Of a DNA stretch of 64,000 bases, positions 27,910 to 40,247 are shown piece by piece (position 1 is the stretch's first letter; each line of letters starts with the position of its first letter). Origin of the DNA: Candidatus Kapaibacterium sp. (GTDB lineage: Bacteria > Bacteroidota > Ignavibacteria > Kapaibacteriales > HRBIN21); the NCBI GenBank assembly GCA_025059875.1, contig JANXCT010000005.1:1948-65947 (forward strand), read 5' to 3'. Both the position numbers and the translations under genes were made by a program. The notes beneath the pieces are model-generated. The model had not been told where the DNA came from and made no database searches. It saw nothing but the letters and a program-made list of their open reading frames with translations.

Positions 27910-28503
27910 ATGGCCATGCCTTTGGCTGCCCGTCAGGTTCCGGAGGAGAAAGAGCCCACCTTTCGGTGGTACGCTCTCTATACAGCCAGTGGCCAGGAGA
28001 ATCGCGTCAAGCAGCGTCTCGAGTACGAACTGCAGTTCCATGGTCTGCAGCACCGGGTGAGGAGTATTGTGGTCCCCGAAGAGACCGTCTTCGAAATCCG
28101 CTCTGGTAAGCGGCGAACTCGGAAGCGGAGCTTCCTCCCGGGCTACATCCTCGTAGAGGCGGCGATGGATCGCAAGCTCCAGCAGCTCATCGAGGGTGTC
28201 ACGGGTGTTGTAGGGTTTGCTGGTACTCGGACGCAGCCTGTGCCATTGCGTGCGGAAGAGGTGGAGCGGGTATTGTCACGTCTGGAGGAACGGAAGCAGA
28301 CGGCGACGATAGAGACGCAGTTCAGCGTTGGCGATCCTGTTCGAATCATTGATGGACCGTTCGCAAACTTCGTTGGGGTAGTGACTGAAGTCAACCTGGA
28401 GCGACAGAAGCTCAAGGTAGAAGTTGGCATTTTAGGCCGTAAGACTCCGGTGGAGCTGGACATCGGCCAGGTGGAGTTGGCAGTCCAGGCACCAGGGGTG
28501 TAG
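27910..28503 (+). CDS. nusG: Transcription termination/antitermination factor NusG
   Basis: WYALYTASGQENRV NGN domain and C-terminal KOW (GDPVRIIDGPFANFVGVV). Confidence 0.9.
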   Translation: MAMPLAARQVPEEKEPTFRWYALYTASGQENRVKQRLEYELQFHGLQHRVRSIVVPEETVFEIRSGKRRTRKRSFLPGYILVEAAMDRKLQQLIEGVTGVVGFAGTRTQPVPLRAEEVERVLSRLEERKQTATIETQFSVGDPVRIIDGPFANFVGVVTEVNLERQKLKVEVGILGRKTPVELDIGQVELAVQAPGV

Positions 28504-28565
28504 ATACACTTGGGGAAATTCCCTCTTCGTCATAGACGGCTCCCAACGTTCGGAAGTAGCGACGA

Positions 28566-28991
28566 ATGGCACGAAAGGTCATCGGTACCTTCAAGCTCCT
28601 GTTGAAGGCCGGTGAGGCCACGATGGCGCCCCCGGTGGGTCCTGCCTTCGGCCAGCGCGGACTCAATGGTATGGAGTTCGTCAAGCAGTTCAACGCGCGG
28701 ACGGCCAAGATGGCGGGGACCCTGGTGCCGGTAGTGGTAACGTACTACTCTGACAAGAGCTTTACCTTCGTGGTGAAGTCACCGCCTGCTTCGGTGCTGC
28801 TGATGAAGGCGGCAGGGATAGAGAAGGGCTCTTCAGAGCCTAACAAGGTCAAGGTGGGGAAGGTCACCCGTGCGCAGCTGGAGGAGATTGCCCGTCAGAA
28901 GATGGAGGACCTCAACTGCGATAGCCTGGAGAGTGCTGTCCGGATGCTAGAAGGGACAGCGCGGAGCATGGGGATTGTCGTGGAAGGGTAA
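28566..28991 (+). CDS. rplK: 50S ribosomal protein L11
   Basis: [25 protein letters not shown] signature. 141 aa. Confidence 0.95.
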   Translation: MARKVIGTFKLLLKAGEATMAPPVGPAFGQRGLNGMEFVKQFNARTAKMAGTLVPVVVTYYSDKSFTFVVKSPPASVLLMKAAGIEKGSSEPNKVKVGKVTRAQLEEIARQKMEDLNCDSLESAVRMLEGTARSMGIVVEG

Positions 28992-29001
28992 GACCTGCGA
29001 G

Positions 29002-29721
29002 ATGAAGAAGCGAAGCAAACGTTATCGTGCAGCGGTGGAGAAGTTGCAGGGCTTGCTTGGACAAGAGAGTGCAGTCCCTGTGGAGAAGGCTGTTGCAGCC
29101 ATCAAGCAGGTAGCAACAGCGAAGTTTGATGAAACAATAGAGCTAGCCGTCCGCCTGGGGGTTGACCCACGGAAGGCGGATCAGATGGTGCGCGGTGCAG
29201 TTGTGCTCCCCCATGGAACGGGGAAGACGGTACGGGTGCTCGTCCTTGCCAAGCCACCCAAGGACCAGGAAGCCCTCCAAGCAGGTGCGGACTATGCAGG
29301 GTTGCAGGAGTACATCCAGAAAATCCAGAGTGGCTGGCTAGAGTTCGATGTGGCGATCGCAACCCCCGACGTTATGGGAGAGGTTGGTAAGCTCGGTCGT
29401 ATCTTGGGCCCACGTGGGCTAATGCCGAATCCGAAGAGTGGGACAGTGACATTTGATGTGGCGGCTGCCGTCCGTGAGGCTAAGGCAGGGCGGGTGGAGT
29501 ATAGAGTCGACAAGGGGGGTAACATTCATATAGCCGTTGGCAAGGCTTCATTCCCAGAAAACAAGCTGGTGGATAATATCCGAGCGGTTGTCGAGAGTCT
29601 CCTGCGAGCCAAACCTCCAGCTGCAAAGGGGAAGTACATTCGAAGTATCTACCTGACATCTACGATGGGCCCTAGTATCCCGGTGAGCGAGCAGTCTGTC
29701 GTCAAGGCACGGGAGTCCTGA
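29002..29721 (+). CDS. rplA: 50S ribosomal protein L1
   Basis: [15 protein letters not shown] ... [34 protein letters not shown]. Confidence 0.95.
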   Translation: MKKRSKRYRAAVEKLQGLLGQESAVPVEKAVAAIKQVATAKFDETIELAVRLGVDPRKADQMVRGAVVLPHGTGKTVRVLVLAKPPKDQEALQAGADYAGLQEYIQKIQSGWLEFDVAIATPDVMGEVGKLGRILGPRGLMPNPKSGTVTFDVAAAVREAKAGRVEYRVDKGGNIHIAVGKASFPENKLVDNIRAVVESLLRAKPPAAKGKYIRSIYLTSTMGPSIPVSEQSVVKARES

Positions 29722-29781
29722 GGGCATGCCGAGCTGTAAGATGAGTCGGGAAGCCTGTGTAATGCAGGTGACATACTACCG

Positions 29782-30315
29782 ATGCTGACACGACAGCGCA
29801 AAGCGGAGATTGTAGACGAGCTACGCCAGAAGCTGGGACGGGCGCGGGGTATCTATATGGTTGACTTTGCCGGAATGACGGTGGCTGATTCTCAGTCCTT
29901 GCGGATGGAGCTTCGCCAAAAGGGGATTGAGTACAAGGTAGCCAAAAACACGTTGATCCGTCGCGCTCTGCAAGCCCTTGGAGATCACCGGGAGCTAGAG
30001 CAACACCTCGTAGGTCAGACAGCCCTCATTCTTAGCTATACGGATGGGATTGCTCCGGCGCGTCTCCTGTATGAGTTCATCAAGCGTGTGGAAAAACCGA
30101 GGCTGAAAGCAGCGTCCGTAGAGGGACAGTACTTCTCAGGAGAGCAGCTGGAGCAGCTAGCGGCTATGCCGAGCCGAGAAGAGCTGATTGCTGGCATCTT
30201 GGGTAGTCTTCAAGCTCCAGTGGCTGGCATTGCTGGTGCGATCGGCGCCGTGCTACGGGATATTGCGTATTTGGTTGAAGAAGTTGCGCGTCAGCGGAAC
30301 AGACAGGTGGAGTAA
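29782..30315 (+). CDS. rplJ: 50S ribosomal protein L10
   Basis: 177 aa. Typical L10 N-terminus (KAEIVDELRQKL...MVDFAGMTVADSQSLR), located between rplA and rplL. Confidence 0.9.
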   Translation: MLTRQRKAEIVDELRQKLGRARGIYMVDFAGMTVADSQSLRMELRQKGIEYKVAKNTLIRRALQALGDHRELEQHLVGQTALILSYTDGIAPARLLYEFIKRVEKPRLKAASVEGQYFSGEQLEQLAAMPSREELIAGILGSLQAPVAGIAGAIGAVLRDIAYLVEEVARQRNRQVE

Positions 30316-30343
30316 GTTCCACAGAGGTTGAGAGCAGAGACCC

Positions 30344-30727
30344 ATGTCGAGCATCGTGGAAGAGCTGGTAGAAAAGATTAGCAGTCTGACGCTCTTGGAG
30401 GCAGCGGAGCTGAAGAAGGCCCTCGAAGAGCGCTTTGGTGTGACGGCTGCGGCTCCAGTGGCTGTTGCTGCTGTTACTGCAGCATCTCCAGCAGCGGCTC
30501 CTGCCGTGGAAGAGAAGACGGAATTCAGCGTGGAGCTGACGGAGATTGGGCCAAACAAGCTCAACGTTATCAAGGTAGTACGGGAGCTGACGGGTCTGGG
30601 GCTTAAGGAAGCCAAGGACTTAGTGGAAGCTGCCCCGAAGTTGCTCAAGGAGAGTGTTTCCAAAGAGGAGGCCGAGAATATCAAGAAGAAGCTGGAAGAG
30701 GTTGGAGCAAAGGTGACGATCAAGTAA
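30344..30727 (+). CDS. rplL: 50S ribosomal protein L7/L12
   Basis: Ala/Pro-rich hinge, then [24 protein letters not shown]...[17 protein letters not shown]. Confidence 0.95.
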   Translation: MSSIVEELVEKISSLTLLEAAELKKALEERFGVTAAAPVAVAAVTAASPAAAPAVEEKTEFSVELTEIGPNKLNVIKVVRELTGLGLKEAKDLVEAAPKLLKESVSKEEAENIKKKLEEVGAKVTIK

Positions 30728-30790
30728 GCAGGTAGCCCCTGCGAGGGCTCCTCTGCGTATGTGTTTCCGTAAAAAAGCCGCAAGTGTGAA

Positions 30791-30823
30791 CTCCTCTCCC
30801 CTGCAGTTAGCAGGGAAGAGGGG
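30791..30823 (+). terminator. Stem-loop between rplL and rpoB (candidate attenuator or partial terminator)
   Basis: Hand-paired 30791-30804 with 30810-30823: 14 positions including one mismatch and one G:U, with a 5-nt loop. It is followed by a moderately T-rich stretch GTGTTGCTTTCGC. An rplL-rpoB attenuator is known in E. coli. Confidence 0.45.
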
Positions 30824-30874
30824 CGTGTTGCTTTCGCTCCTAAAAAGTCTCACTGGATCGTGTAGGTACGGACT

Positions 30875-33800
30875 ATGACAGGCCGCCGAAAGGCTTCAGC
30901 CTCTGTAGGCTCTAACGGTGACGCTACCATCCAGCAGCGAGAACTGCCAGAGAAAGTTCCCCATTCCTCACGAGAGGTGCTCCCCGAGGCATCCATTGCC
31001 GGGAGGGCGTTGGCTGCCGAGATTCCACCGGAAGATGGGGCATCGTTCCTGCAGCAGCGGATCAGTTTTGCGCGTTTTCGCTGGGAACCGCAGTATCCAG
31101 ATCTGCTCTATCTGCAGCTGGACTCTTTCCGGGAGTTCCTCCAGGAGGATGTGCCTCCTCAGGAGCGGCGTCCCGTCGGGCTTCAACAGGCGTTCCTAAG
31201 TACGTTTCCTGTGGAAGATGCCACTGGCACTTACCAATTGGAGTTTCTCTACTATTGGCTTGAACCGCCGCGGTACTCAGAGGAGGAGTGCCGCGAGCGG
31301 GAATTGACGTATGCCAAGACCCTGAAGGCTCGTTTCCGACTTTCGAGCAGGGTCTCCCCAGAGTCGGAAGACTACATCGAGCCAATAGAACAGGATGTAT
31401 ACCTGGGGAATATTCCCATCATGACCGATCGGGGGACCTTCATCATCAATGGCTCAGAGCGAGTGATCGTATCCCAAATCCATCGCTCGCCAGGAGTCTT
31501 CTTCGATCAGGTACTCCATCCTAGCGGCTTACCGATCTACTCTGCCCGAATTATCCCTCTGCGAGGGGCATGGCTGGAGTTCGTCATCGACATCAACGAA
31601 GTCATGTACGTCTACATCGACCGTAGGAAGAAGTTCCCCGTCACTACCTTCCTGCGGGCACTAGGCTATTCCCACGACCACGACATAGACGATCTCTTCG
31701 GGCTCTCTCTATCGGTAGACCCTCGGGAAGTCGAGCAGTACGTAGGGCGGCGGATTGCCAGCGAGATTGTGGATCTTTCTACAGGGGAGATCTTGGCCCA
31801 TCGCGGCGAGGTTCTCTCTGAGGAACTGACAGAGCGACTACGGAGGGCCCATATAGCGAGCTTCCGCGTCTTTACCCACAAGGACCCAGAGCAAGAGCCT
31901 GTGTTGGTTAAGACCTTTTGGAAAGACGTTACACGTAATCGTGAGGAGGCTCTGGAGCTCATCTACCGCCAGATGCGCTCGAGCGAGGCCCCTGACTTAG
32001 AGACGGCTGTCCAGCTGTTGGAACGTCTCTTCTTTACGCCGAAGCGATATGAGCTTGATACTGTTGGACGTTACCGGATCAATACCAAGCTTGGGCTGCA
32101 AGTGCCGCTAGAGGTGACCCATCTGACGGTAGAAGACATTGTTGCAACAATCCGCTATCTCCTAGAGGTTGCTGAAGGAAGGCGTGGAATCGATGATCAA
32201 GACCATTTGGCGAATCGGCGTGTCCGGACGGTCTGCGAGCAGCTAACGGCACAGATGGTACTGGGGTTGTCGCGTATGGCACGCACGATTCGAGATCGTC
32301 TAAGCACTTTTGGAGGTGAGGAGCGTATCACCCCTGCTGAGCTGGTCAATGCGCGCACGATCAACAGTGTGCTGAACCAGTTCTTCGGCACTAACCAGCT
32401 CTCTCAGTTCATGGACCAGACCAATCCTTTGGCCGAGTTAACTCACAAACGCCGTGTTTCGGCCCTCGGCCCCGGTGGTCTGAACCGTGAACGTGCTGGG
32501 TTTGAGGTACGTGATGTGCACTACACCCACTACGGCCGACTCTGTCCAATCGAGACCCCAGAGGGACCCAACATTGGGCTCATATCGTCGCTTGCCCTGT
32601 ACGCGCGAGTCAACAAGTATGGCTTCATAGAAACACCGTACCGTCGGGTTGTTGAAGGGCGGGTGACAAATGAAATCGTCTACTTGGCTGCCGATGATGA
32701 GGAGGACAAAGTCATAGCTCCTGCTTCGACCCCAGTAGATGAGGAGGGCCGGATTGCAGTGCCTCGGGTCCGGGCGCGGCGCTCCGGGGACTTTGTACTC
32801 GTAGCGCCAGAGGAGGTCGACTACATGGATGTTGCCACGGATCAAATCACCAGCGCTTCGGCTTCGCTCATCCCCTTCTTGGAGCACGACGATGCCAACC
32901 GGGCACTGATGGGCTCCAACATGCAGCGGCAGGCGGTTCCGTTGGTGCGGCCAGAAGCGCCATTCGTTGGTACGGGACTGGAAGGCAAGATAGCTCGTGA
33001 CTCCCGTGCTCTCCTCCTGGCTGAAGGTGATGGTGTGGTTGAATACGTCAGCGCTGACACTATCCGGATCCGGTATGACGACACCGCTTCCCCCGAAGAA
33101 AAGCTCATCAGTTTTGACGATGAGCCGGTTGTGACATACCGGCTGAAGAAGTTTGTCCGGAGCAATCAAGACACGTGTATCAACCAGCGTCCGCTCGTGC
33201 GAGTAGGACAGCGAGTGCGTAAGGGACAGCCGATAGCCGATGGTGCTGCGACGGACCGCGGTGAGCTAGCTCTGGGCCGGAATGTCCTAGTGGCCTTCAT
33301 GCCGTGGCGGGGTTACAACTTCGAGGATGCCATCGTCATTTCGGAGCGCTTAGTAGCCGAAGATGTCTTCACTTCCATCCACATCGAAGAGTTCACAGCA
33401 CAGGTGCGGGACACGAAGCGCGGAGAGGAAGAGTTCACACGCGACATCCCGAACGTCAGCGAAGAGGAGATTCGCAACTTGGATGATAACGGCTTGGTGC
33501 GGGTTGGCACGCGCGTCAAAGAGGGGGATATCCTGATCGGCAAGATTACTCCGAAAGTGGAGTCTGATCCACTACCGGAGGAAAAACTGCTTCGGGCCAT
33601 TTTCGGAGACCGCGCAGGGGATGTGCGGGACGTATCGCTGCGGGTTCCAGCAGGCTTCTATGGTACGGTCATCAACACGAAGCTCTTCAGCCGTCGCTTC
33701 TACGAGGACGGTCAGCTCCGCCAGCGTGATGAGCGGCGCCGCCGTGAACAGCTCCAGAAGAAGGAGCAAGAACTACTCCGTCAGTTAGACGAGGAGTGCG

Positions 33801-34831
33801 TCCGCCGCTTGGGACGGCTGCTAGATGGCCAGCGAAGCCTTGGGATCGTCGACCGAGAGGGACGCACGGTCGTGAGGGCTGGTACGAAGCTGGTAGCTGA
33901 AGAGCTGATGAAGCGTTTTGAGCAAGGTAAGCTGCGTCCGGAAGAGCTTGACGCTGGCCGTCAGCCGTGGGTAGAGGATGAACATACGATGGGCCTGGTC
34001 CGCCAGCTTCTGCAGAGGTACCTCCAGAAACGAGAGAGTATCAAGAAGGAATTGCGGGCCGAACAACTCCGGCTCGAAGCCGGCGAAGAACTGCCACCAG
34101 GTGTCCTGAAGATGGCGAAGGTCTATGTGGCCCAGCGGCGGAAGATTCAGGTTGGTGATAAGATGGCTGGCCGTCACGGAAACAAGGGAGTAGTGGCTAA
34201 GATTGTGCCTGTAGAGGACATGCCCTTCTTACCTGACGGAACGCCGGTAGACATCGTGCTCAATCCTCTGGGTGTACCATCGCGCATGAATCTTGGGCAG
34301 CTACTGGAGACGGCCCTTGGGTGGGTGGCGGCTAAGTTGGGTGTCTACTTCGCTAGCCCAGTCTTTGACGGTGCGACGTGGGAGGACGTGCAGGAGTGGC
34401 TTCGTAAAGCCGGACTCCCGCCCGACGGGAAGACCATCCTCTACGACGGTCGGACTGGCGAACCCTTCCACGAGCGCGTTACCGTTGGCTACATCTACAT
34501 GATGAAGCTGATCCACATGGTGGAGGACAAGATTCACGCACGCTCCACAGGGCCGTATGCACTTATCACGCAGCAGCCCCTGGGGGGACGCTCTCGGATG
34601 GGTGGACAGCGTCTCGGCGAAATGGAGGTTTGGGCTCTAGAGGCCTACGGTGCTGCTTATACGCTGCAGGAGATGCTGACGCTGAAGAGCGACGATGTCG
34701 TTGGGCGTGCAGAGCTCTATGCAGCGTTGGTGAACGGTAAGCCAACGCCGAATCCTCATATTCCGGAAGCCTTCCGTGTCCTTCAGCGTGAGCTCCAGGG
34801 CCTGGCTCTGGAGGTAGAGATCGTTCCGTAG
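30875..34831 (+). CDS. rpoB: DNA-directed RNA polymerase beta subunit
   Basis: 1318 aa with canonical beta motifs (e.g. [20 protein letters not shown]). About 55-70 aa precede the usual RISFA start, so the true start may be an internal GTG/TTG. Confidence 0.95.
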   Translation: MTGRRKASASVGSNGDATIQQRELPEKVPHSSREVLPEASIAGRALAAEIPPEDGASFLQQRISFARFRWEPQYPDLLYLQLDSFREFLQEDVPPQERRPVGLQQAFLSTFPVEDATGTYQLEFLYYWLEPPRYSEEECRERELTYAKTLKARFRLSSRVSPESEDYIEPIEQDVYLGNIPIMTDRGTFIINGSERVIVSQIHRSPGVFFDQVLHPSGLPIYSARIIPLRGAWLEFVIDINEVMYVYIDRRKKFPVTTFLRALGYSHDHDIDDLFGLSLSVDPREVEQYVGRRIASEIVDLSTGEILAHRGEVLSEELTERLRRAHIASFRVFTHKDPEQEPVLVKTFWKDVTRNREEALELIYRQMRSSEAPDLETAVQLLERLFFTPKRYELDTVGRYRINTKLGLQVPLEVTHLTVEDIVATIRYLLEVAEGRRGIDDQDHLANRRVRTVCEQLTAQMVLGLSRMARTIRDRLSTFGGEERITPAELVNARTINSVLNQFFGTNQLSQFMDQTNPLAELTHKRRVSALGPGGLNRERAGFEVRDVHYTHYGRLCPIETPEGPNIGLISSLALYARVNKYGFIETPYRRVVEGRVTNEIVYLAADDEEDKVIAPASTPVDEEGRIAVPRVRARRSGDFVLVAPEEVDYMDVATDQITSASASLIPFLEHDDANRALMGSNMQRQAVPLVRPEAPFVGTGLEGKIARDSRALLLAEGDGVVEYVSADTIRIRYDDTASPEEKLISFDDEPVVTYRLKKFVRSNQDTCINQRPLVRVGQRVRKGQPIADGAATDRGELALGRNVLVAFMPWRGYNFEDAIVISERLVAEDVFTSIHIEEFTAQVRDTKRGEEEFTRDIPNVSEEEIRNLDDNGLVRVGTRVKEGDILIGKITPKVESDPLPEEKLLRAIFGDRAGDVRDVSLRVPAGFYGTVINTKLFSRRFYEDGQLRQRDERRRREQLQKKEQELLRQLDEECVRRLGRLLDGQRSLGIVDREGRTVVRAGTKLVAEELMKRFEQGKLRPEELDAGRQPWVEDEHTMGLVRQLLQRYLQKRESIKKELRAEQLRLEAGEELPPGVLKMAKVYVAQRRKIQVGDKMAGRHGNKGVVAKIVPVEDMPFLPDGTPVDIVLNPLGVPSRMNLGQLLETALGWVAAKLGVYFASPVFDGATWEDVQEWLRKAGLPPDGKTILYDGRTGEPFHERVTVGYIYMMKLIHMVEDKIHARSTGPYALITQQPLGGRSRMGGQRLGEMEVWALEAYGAAYTLQEMLTLKSDDVVGRAELYAALVNGKPTPNPHIPEAFRVLQRELQGLALEVEIVP

Positions 34832-34863
34832 AGCTTGTTGGCCAAGAGGTAGGTCAGCTGTCC

Positions 34864-37800
34864 ATGCAGAGCTGGCAGATTCCGCGAAAAGGGTTCTCTG
34901 GGATCAGGATTGCCTTGGCTTCCCCCGAATCTATCTTAGAGCGCTCCCACGGTGAGGTGCTCAAGCCAGAGACGATTAACTACCGCTCCTTCCGGCCTGA
35001 GCGGGATGGACTCTTCTGCGAGAAGATCTTCGGGCCGATCCGCGACTGGGAGTGCAGCTGCGGCAAGTACAAGGGGATCCGCTATCGAGGCATCGTGTGC
35101 GACCGGTGCGGCGTAGAGGTGACCCAGCGTTCTGTCCGGCGAGAGCGCTTCGGACACATTCACTTGGCCGTACCGGTAGTGCATACGTGGTTCATGCGAT
35201 CACAGCCAAACATGCTGGCTGTGGTCCTAGGAATGCCTTCGCGGGATGTTGAGCGGATTGCCTACTATGAATCCTACGTCGTCCTAGAGCCTGGTGACTC
35301 GGGGCTTGAAATTGGTGACCTCTTGACGGAGGAGGAGTACCTCCAGGCAATGGAGCATTCTCGCAACTTCCTAGCCCTCACCGGGGCGGAGGCGTTGCGG
35401 GAGATGTTACGGCGCTTGGATGTAGAGAAGACCTACTGGGGACTGCGCCAGCGTCTGACACTGGAAGAGCGGATGACAAAGCAAGAGCGCGAGGAGATTC
35501 TGCGCCGTTTGAGAATCCTCAGCTGGTTCCTCCCACGGGAGGGGCATAAGCCGAACAAGCCGGAGTGGATGGTCCTAGAGATCATCCCTGTCGTTCCTCC
35601 GGAGATGCGTCCGTTGATTGCCCTTGAGGGCGGGCGCTTTGCTAGCTCTGACCTCAACGAGCTCTATCGGCGCATCATTATGCGCAACAACCGCCTCAAG
35701 AAGCTGATTGCGATTCGGGCTCCTGAGGTGATTATGCGCAACGAGAAGCGGATGCTGCAGGAGGCAGTGGATGCGCTGTTTGACAATAGCCGCCGTGTTG
35801 CTCGTAGTACAGGCCAGCGTCCGTTGAAGTCGTTGGCGGATGCGCTCCGCGGGAAGCAGGGGCGCTTCCGACAGAATCTCCTCGGGAAGCGTGTGGACTA
35901 CTCTGGGCGTTCTGTGATCGTGGTCGGCCCGGAGCTACGGCTCCACGAGTGTGGTTTGCCAAAGGATATGGCGCTGGAACTCTTCAAGCCTTTCGTGATT
36001 CGCCGGCTCATCGAACGTGGTTATGCCCGAACGGCGAAGCGCGCTAAGTTACTCGTGGAGCGGAAGGAAGAGGTAGTGTGGGATGTCTTGGATAGCGTCA
36101 TCGACGGGCACCCAGTACTCCTGAACCGTGCTCCTACTCTCCATAGGCTGGGCATTCAGGCCTTCCAGCCGCGTTTGGTAGAAGGGAAAGCCATCCAGCT
36201 CCATCCGCTTGTTTGCACTGCATTCAATGCTGATTTCGACGGCGATCAGATGGCGGTCCACGTGCCGCTAAGTCATGAGGCACAGATGGAGGCGCTGTTG
36301 CTGATGTTAGCGCCCCATAGCATCATGCATACCCAGAATGGAGAGCCGATAGCAGTCCCCAGCCAGGATATGGTGTTGGGACTCTACTACCTGACGAAGG
36401 TCCGCCATGGTGCTCTCGGAGAGGGTAAGTTCTTCGCTTCTCCCGAAGAGGCTATCTTGGCGTATGACTCCGGGCACGTGGAGCTCCACGCAAAGGTCAA
36501 GGTGCGTGTCAACGGACAGCTAATAGAGACCACCGTTGGGCGCATCATCTTCAACCGGATCGTTCCTCCAGAGTTAGGGTTTGTCAATGAGCTGCTGACC
36601 AAGAAACGGCTCCGCCAGCTGATTGGACAAGCTTTCCGAGTTGTTGGGTTGGCTCGAACGGTAGAGTTCCTGGATGCCCTCAAGGACATGGGCTTCCGCT
36701 TCGCTACAGAGGGCGGGTTGACCGTGAGCATCGACGACGTCATTATACCGCCTGAGAAAGAGGCGATCATTCGCGCTACTCAGGAGGAGGTGGACAAGAT
36801 CAACGAGGCCTATATGATGGGGATCCTTTCCCCGAACGAGCGATACAACAAGGTCATTGATGCATGGACCTCGGCAACGAATCAGGTAGCAGATCACCTC
36901 TACCGTGAGTTAGCTCGCCACCAGGATGGGTTCAACACGTTCTGGATGATGCTGGACTCTCAGGCTCGTGGCTCCAAGGAGCAGATCCGACAGCTTGGAG
37001 GGCTCCGGGGTCTGATGGCGAAGCCGCAGAAGACAGCCCCTGGTGCTGCCGCCGAGCTGACTGAGAACCCGATTACCTCCAACCTACGTGAAGGTCTATC
37101 GGTGCTAGAGTACTTCATCTCCACTCACGGTGCTCGGAAAGGGCTGGCTGACACAGCCCTGAAGACAGCCGATGCGGGGTACCTCACCCGGCGCCTCCAC
37201 GACGTCGCGCAGGATGTCATCGTAACGATGCACGACTGCGGCACTATCCGCGGGATAGAAGTGAGCGGTATCAAGGAGGGTGAGGAGCTAGAAATCTCTC
37301 TCTACGAGCGAATCTTAGGGCGGGTGGCTCTGCGAGACATCGTCCATCCGCTAACAGGTAAGGTAATTGTGCGCGGAGGCGACATTATCGATGAGGAAGC
37401 GGCACAGGCGATTGCCGACAGCCCGATAGAAAGTGTTCCAATACGATCAGTGCTGACTTGCGAGGCCCCTCGTGGGGTCTGTGCGAAGTGCTATGGCCGC
37501 AATCCTGCCACAGGGCAGTTAGTGGAGGTTGGGGAAGCCGTCGGGACGATAGCCTCGCAGTCTATCGGGGAACCAGGGACACAGCTAACTCTACGAACGT
37601 TCCACACCGGAGGGGCAGCCCTTCTGGCGACAGCGCAGTCTGTTATTACAGCAAAGTTCGGGGGCATCGTCCAGTTCCGTGGCCTTCGGTCGGTCCCACA
37701 ACCTGGGGAAGATGGAGAGAATGTCCACGTCGTATTGGCTCGAGGAGCTAGTCTCGTTATCGTGGAGCCAGAGGGCAATCGAGAATTGGTGCGGTACGAT

Positions 37801-39138
37801 CTCCCGGTGGGGGCGCGTCTCTACGTGCAAGAGGGACAACTCGTCCAGCGAGGAGAACAGCTCTACGAGTGGGATCCGTACAATTTGCTGATCTTGGCCC
37901 GCGTATCTGGACAGGTGCGGTACCGTGACCTTAAGGTTGGTGCTACTTACTTGGAGCAAGTGGACGAGCAAACGGGGCACCTCACTAAGGTTGTCATCCA
38001 CCCACGAGAGCGGGGCCTGACTCCACAGATTGAGATCCTAGACGAGACCGGCAGGACGATCCACGCAGAGATCATCCCTGCGCGGGCCCATCTACTCGTA
38101 GAGGATGGCGAGAGAGTGGAAGCAGGCGAAATCTTAGCGAAGATCCCACGTGAAATCCGCCAGCTCCAGGACATTACTGGTGGGTTACCACGGGTCATAG
38201 AGCTGTTTGAGGCCCGCCGACCTCAGAACCCTGCAGTCGTCGCAGAAATCGACGGTGTCGTTTCGCTTCGGTTGGGTGAAGGTCGAGACCAAGGGAAGCG
38301 TATCATTAAGCTCGTCAGCCACGATGGGCTGACGGAGAAGGAGTATCGAGTATCGGCTACTCGCCACATCCTCGTCCAGGACGGCGACAGTGTCAGAGCC
38401 GGTGAACGATTGACGGAAGGGCCAATCGATCCACACGACATCCTGCGTATCCAGGGTGTGCAAGCGGTGCAGGAGTACTTGCTGCGCGAGATTCAGCAGG
38501 TCTACCGAATGCAGGGTGTTAACATCGCCGACAAGCACGTGGAGATCATCATCCGGCAGATGCTACGCCGAGTCAAGATCATTTCCCCGGGCGATTCCAT
38601 GTTCCTGGAAGGCGACATAGTGGACCGCCTCGTGTTCCAGCAGGAGAACGAACGGCTCAAGAACAGCGTCGTTATCACCGATGCTGGCGACTCCAAGTTC
38701 CACGTAGGTGAAGTCGTACCCCGACGCAAGTTCCGTGAGTCGGTTGTAGAGCTCCAGAAGAAGGAGAAACAGCCGCCAAAAGCACGAGATGCTGAGCCAG
38801 CAACAGCAGAGCCGATCCTACTGGGAATTACTGAGGCAGCGCTCAGCACGGACTCTTGGCTCTCCGCAGCCTCTTTCCAGGAGACGATCAACGTACTCAC
38901 AGAGGCAGCCCTTGCTGCCCAGGTAGATGAACTGCGGGGCCTTAAGGAGAATATCATCCTGGGGCAGCTCATTCCAGCAGGAACAGGGCAGCGGCGGTAT
39001 CAGGACATCCTCGTTACAACGACTGCAGAGCCCCTATTTGCGGAAGTAGAAACTAGAGCTGTGGGCCACCAGGACGGTGACCAGCGGGGACTAGTTCCTC
39101 CAACGGCTGCGGAGCCTGTGGGAAGAAGGGCGCTGTAG
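34864..39138 (+). CDS. rpoC: DNA-directed RNA polymerase beta' subunit
   Basis: 1424 aa. Zn-finger [23 protein letters not shown] and catalytic NADFDGDQM. Confidence 0.95.
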   Translation: MQSWQIPRKGFSGIRIALASPESILERSHGEVLKPETINYRSFRPERDGLFCEKIFGPIRDWECSCGKYKGIRYRGIVCDRCGVEVTQRSVRRERFGHIHLAVPVVHTWFMRSQPNMLAVVLGMPSRDVERIAYYESYVVLEPGDSGLEIGDLLTEEEYLQAMEHSRNFLALTGAEALREMLRRLDVEKTYWGLRQRLTLEERMTKQEREEILRRLRILSWFLPREGHKPNKPEWMVLEIIPVVPPEMRPLIALEGGRFASSDLNELYRRIIMRNNRLKKLIAIRAPEVIMRNEKRMLQEAVDALFDNSRRVARSTGQRPLKSLADALRGKQGRFRQNLLGKRVDYSGRSVIVVGPELRLHECGLPKDMALELFKPFVIRRLIERGYARTAKRAKLLVERKEEVVWDVLDSVIDGHPVLLNRAPTLHRLGIQAFQPRLVEGKAIQLHPLVCTAFNADFDGDQMAVHVPLSHEAQMEALLLMLAPHSIMHTQNGEPIAVPSQDMVLGLYYLTKVRHGALGEGKFFASPEEAILAYDSGHVELHAKVKVRVNGQLIETTVGRIIFNRIVPPELGFVNELLTKKRLRQLIGQAFRVVGLARTVEFLDALKDMGFRFATEGGLTVSIDDVIIPPEKEAIIRATQEEVDKINEAYMMGILSPNERYNKVIDAWTSATNQVADHLYRELARHQDGFNTFWMMLDSQARGSKEQIRQLGGLRGLMAKPQKTAPGAAAELTENPITSNLREGLSVLEYFISTHGARKGLADTALKTADAGYLTRRLHDVAQDVIVTMHDCGTIRGIEVSGIKEGEELEISLYERILGRVALRDIVHPLTGKVIVRGGDIIDEEAAQAIADSPIESVPIRSVLTCEAPRGVCAKCYGRNPATGQLVEVGEAVGTIASQSIGEPGTQLTLRTFHTGGAALLATAQSVITAKFGGIVQFRGLRSVPQPGEDGENVHVVLARGASLVIVEPEGNRELVRYDLPVGARLYVQEGQLVQRGEQLYEWDPYNLLILARVSGQVRYRDLKVGATYLEQVDEQTGHLTKVVIHPRERGLTPQIEILDETGRTIHAEIIPARAHLLVEDGERVEAGEILAKIPREIRQLQDITGGLPRVIELFEARRPQNPAVVAEIDGVVSLRLGEGRDQGKRIIKLVSHDGLTEKEYRVSATRHILVQDGDSVRAGERLTEGPIDPHDILRIQGVQAVQEYLLREIQQVYRMQGVNIADKHVEIIIRQMLRRVKIISPGDSMFLEGDIVDRLVFQQENERLKNSVVITDAGDSKFHVGEVVPRRKFRESVVELQKKEKQPPKARDAEPATAEPILLGITEAALSTDSWLSAASFQETINVLTEAALAAQVDELRGLKENIILGQLIPAGTGQRRYQDILVTTTAEPLFAEVETRAVGHQDGDQRGLVPPTAAEPVGRRAL

Positions 39139-39238
39139 TAGGCAGAGACTAGCAACGTGTGTCCTGTTGGGCATGAGTGCTCCGTGGAAGAGGCTGTACC
39201 GTGCGTCATAGGCTACCCCTTAGTTAGAGCCCTCTTCA

Positions 39239-39466
39239 ATGCGACGCGTCCGGCGCTATACGGAGAGCCCGCTGTACTCACAGCCACGGCTTCCTCTGCA
39301 GGAAGTGCATCGCTCTGCGGCTCCTCTTTCTGTAGCGGTCTGCCCATACTGCCACTACATGGGGCCGTTGGTCTGGGTCCATGGACATGGACAGTGTCCC
39401 CAGTGTAAGAGCGTCGTGGAGGAGTGCTGCAGTGGAGAGCAGGCAAGCCCAGCGTGGCGAGAGTGA
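39239..39466 (+). CDS. Candidate small zinc-ribbon protein (hypothetical)
   Basis: 75-aa ORF with CPYC-x16-CPQC followed by ECCSGE, in the ~290-bp gap after rpoC. Its 3' end overlaps the possible starts of the UDG gene. No family recognised. Confidence 0.3.
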   Translation: MRRVRRYTESPLYSQPRLPLQEVHRSAAPLSVAVCPYCHYMGPLVWVHGHGQCPQCKSVVEECCSGEQASPAWRE

Positions 39467-40247
39467 GTGGCAGCGACTGCAGGAGGAGATTGTAGCGTGC
39501 GAGCGTTGTCCGCGACTGCGGCAGTACTGTCAGGAGGTCGCTTATCGCAAGCGTGCAGCCTACCGGGACTGGAAGTACTGGGGGCGCCCTGTGCCCAACA
39601 CTGGCTCTCCGAGCGCCCGGCTCCTCATCGTTGGGTTGGCTCCAGCAGCCCACGGGGCAAACCGAACTGGCCGGATGTTCACTGGTGACCGCTCCGGCCA
39701 GTTCCTCTACCGAGCTCTGTACGAGACGGGCTTCGCAAACCAGCCAGAGTCGTACCATCGCGGCGATGGTCTAGAACTGTACGGTGTTGCCATCACAGCG
39801 GTCGTCCACTGCGCTCCGCCACAGAATACCCCGACTCCTCAAGAGATTCAGGCGTGCCGGCCGTTTTTGAAGCGCACGGTTGAGGCGTTGCTGCCTCACC
39901 TTCGTGGGGTTGTTGCCCTCGGCAGCATTGCTTTCCGGGAGTCGCTCCGCCTGTTTCGTGAATTCGGCTGGATTCAAACGCGAGTCCGGTTTGCCCACGG
40001 GGTGCTCTACTGGCAACCTCCGGCGCCATTCTTGCTCGGCTCATACCACCCTAGCCAACAGAACACCTTCACTGGGCGGCTAACGTTTGAGATGCTCCGC
40101 GACGTCTTCCGTTTGGCGGCGCAGTTGCTGGAGGAGCCTATCCAAGCTTGTCCAGAGATGCTCAGCTCCCTGTCCGAATTCGGCAGTAACGGCGACCGTA
40201 ATGAGGGTAACGCCGGCTGCAGCAAACTCCGAGAGGAGCGGCCATAG
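39381..40247 (+). CDS. Uracil-DNA glycosylase, family 4/5 (UdgB-like, Fe-S type)
   Basis: CERCPRLRQYC, GLAPAAHGANRTGRMFTGDRSG, HPSQQN motifs. The start is uncertain (ATG 39381/39387 or GTG 39432). The C-terminal ~40 aa overlap lpxK convergently. Confidence 0.8.
   Translation: MDMDSVPSVRASWRSAAVESRQAQRGESEWQRLQEEIVACERCPRLRQYCQEVAYRKRAAYRDWKYWGRPVPNTGSPSARLLIVGLAPAAHGANRTGRMFTGDRSGQFLYRALYETGFANQPESYHRGDGLELYGVAITAVVHCAPPQNTPTPQEIQACRPFLKRTVEALLPHLRGVVALGSIAFRESLRLFREFGWIQTRVRFAHGVLYWQPPAPFLLGSYHPSQQNTFTGRLTFEMLRDVFRLAAQLLEEPIQACPEMLSSLSEFGSNGDRNEGNAGCSKLREERP

Noticed and set aside
30253-33169. Minus-strand ORFs 30253-30783 (176 aa) and 32438-33169 (243 aa)
   Set aside because: They are antisense to rplL and rpoB respectively. 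The first is a Ser/Ala-rich mirror of the L12 Ala/Glu/Lys sequence. Neither has motifs.
39213-39758. 181-aa minus-strand ORF
   Set aside because: It is antisense to the UDG N-terminus, which has strong motifs. It is Pro/Ser/Leu-rich with no motif.
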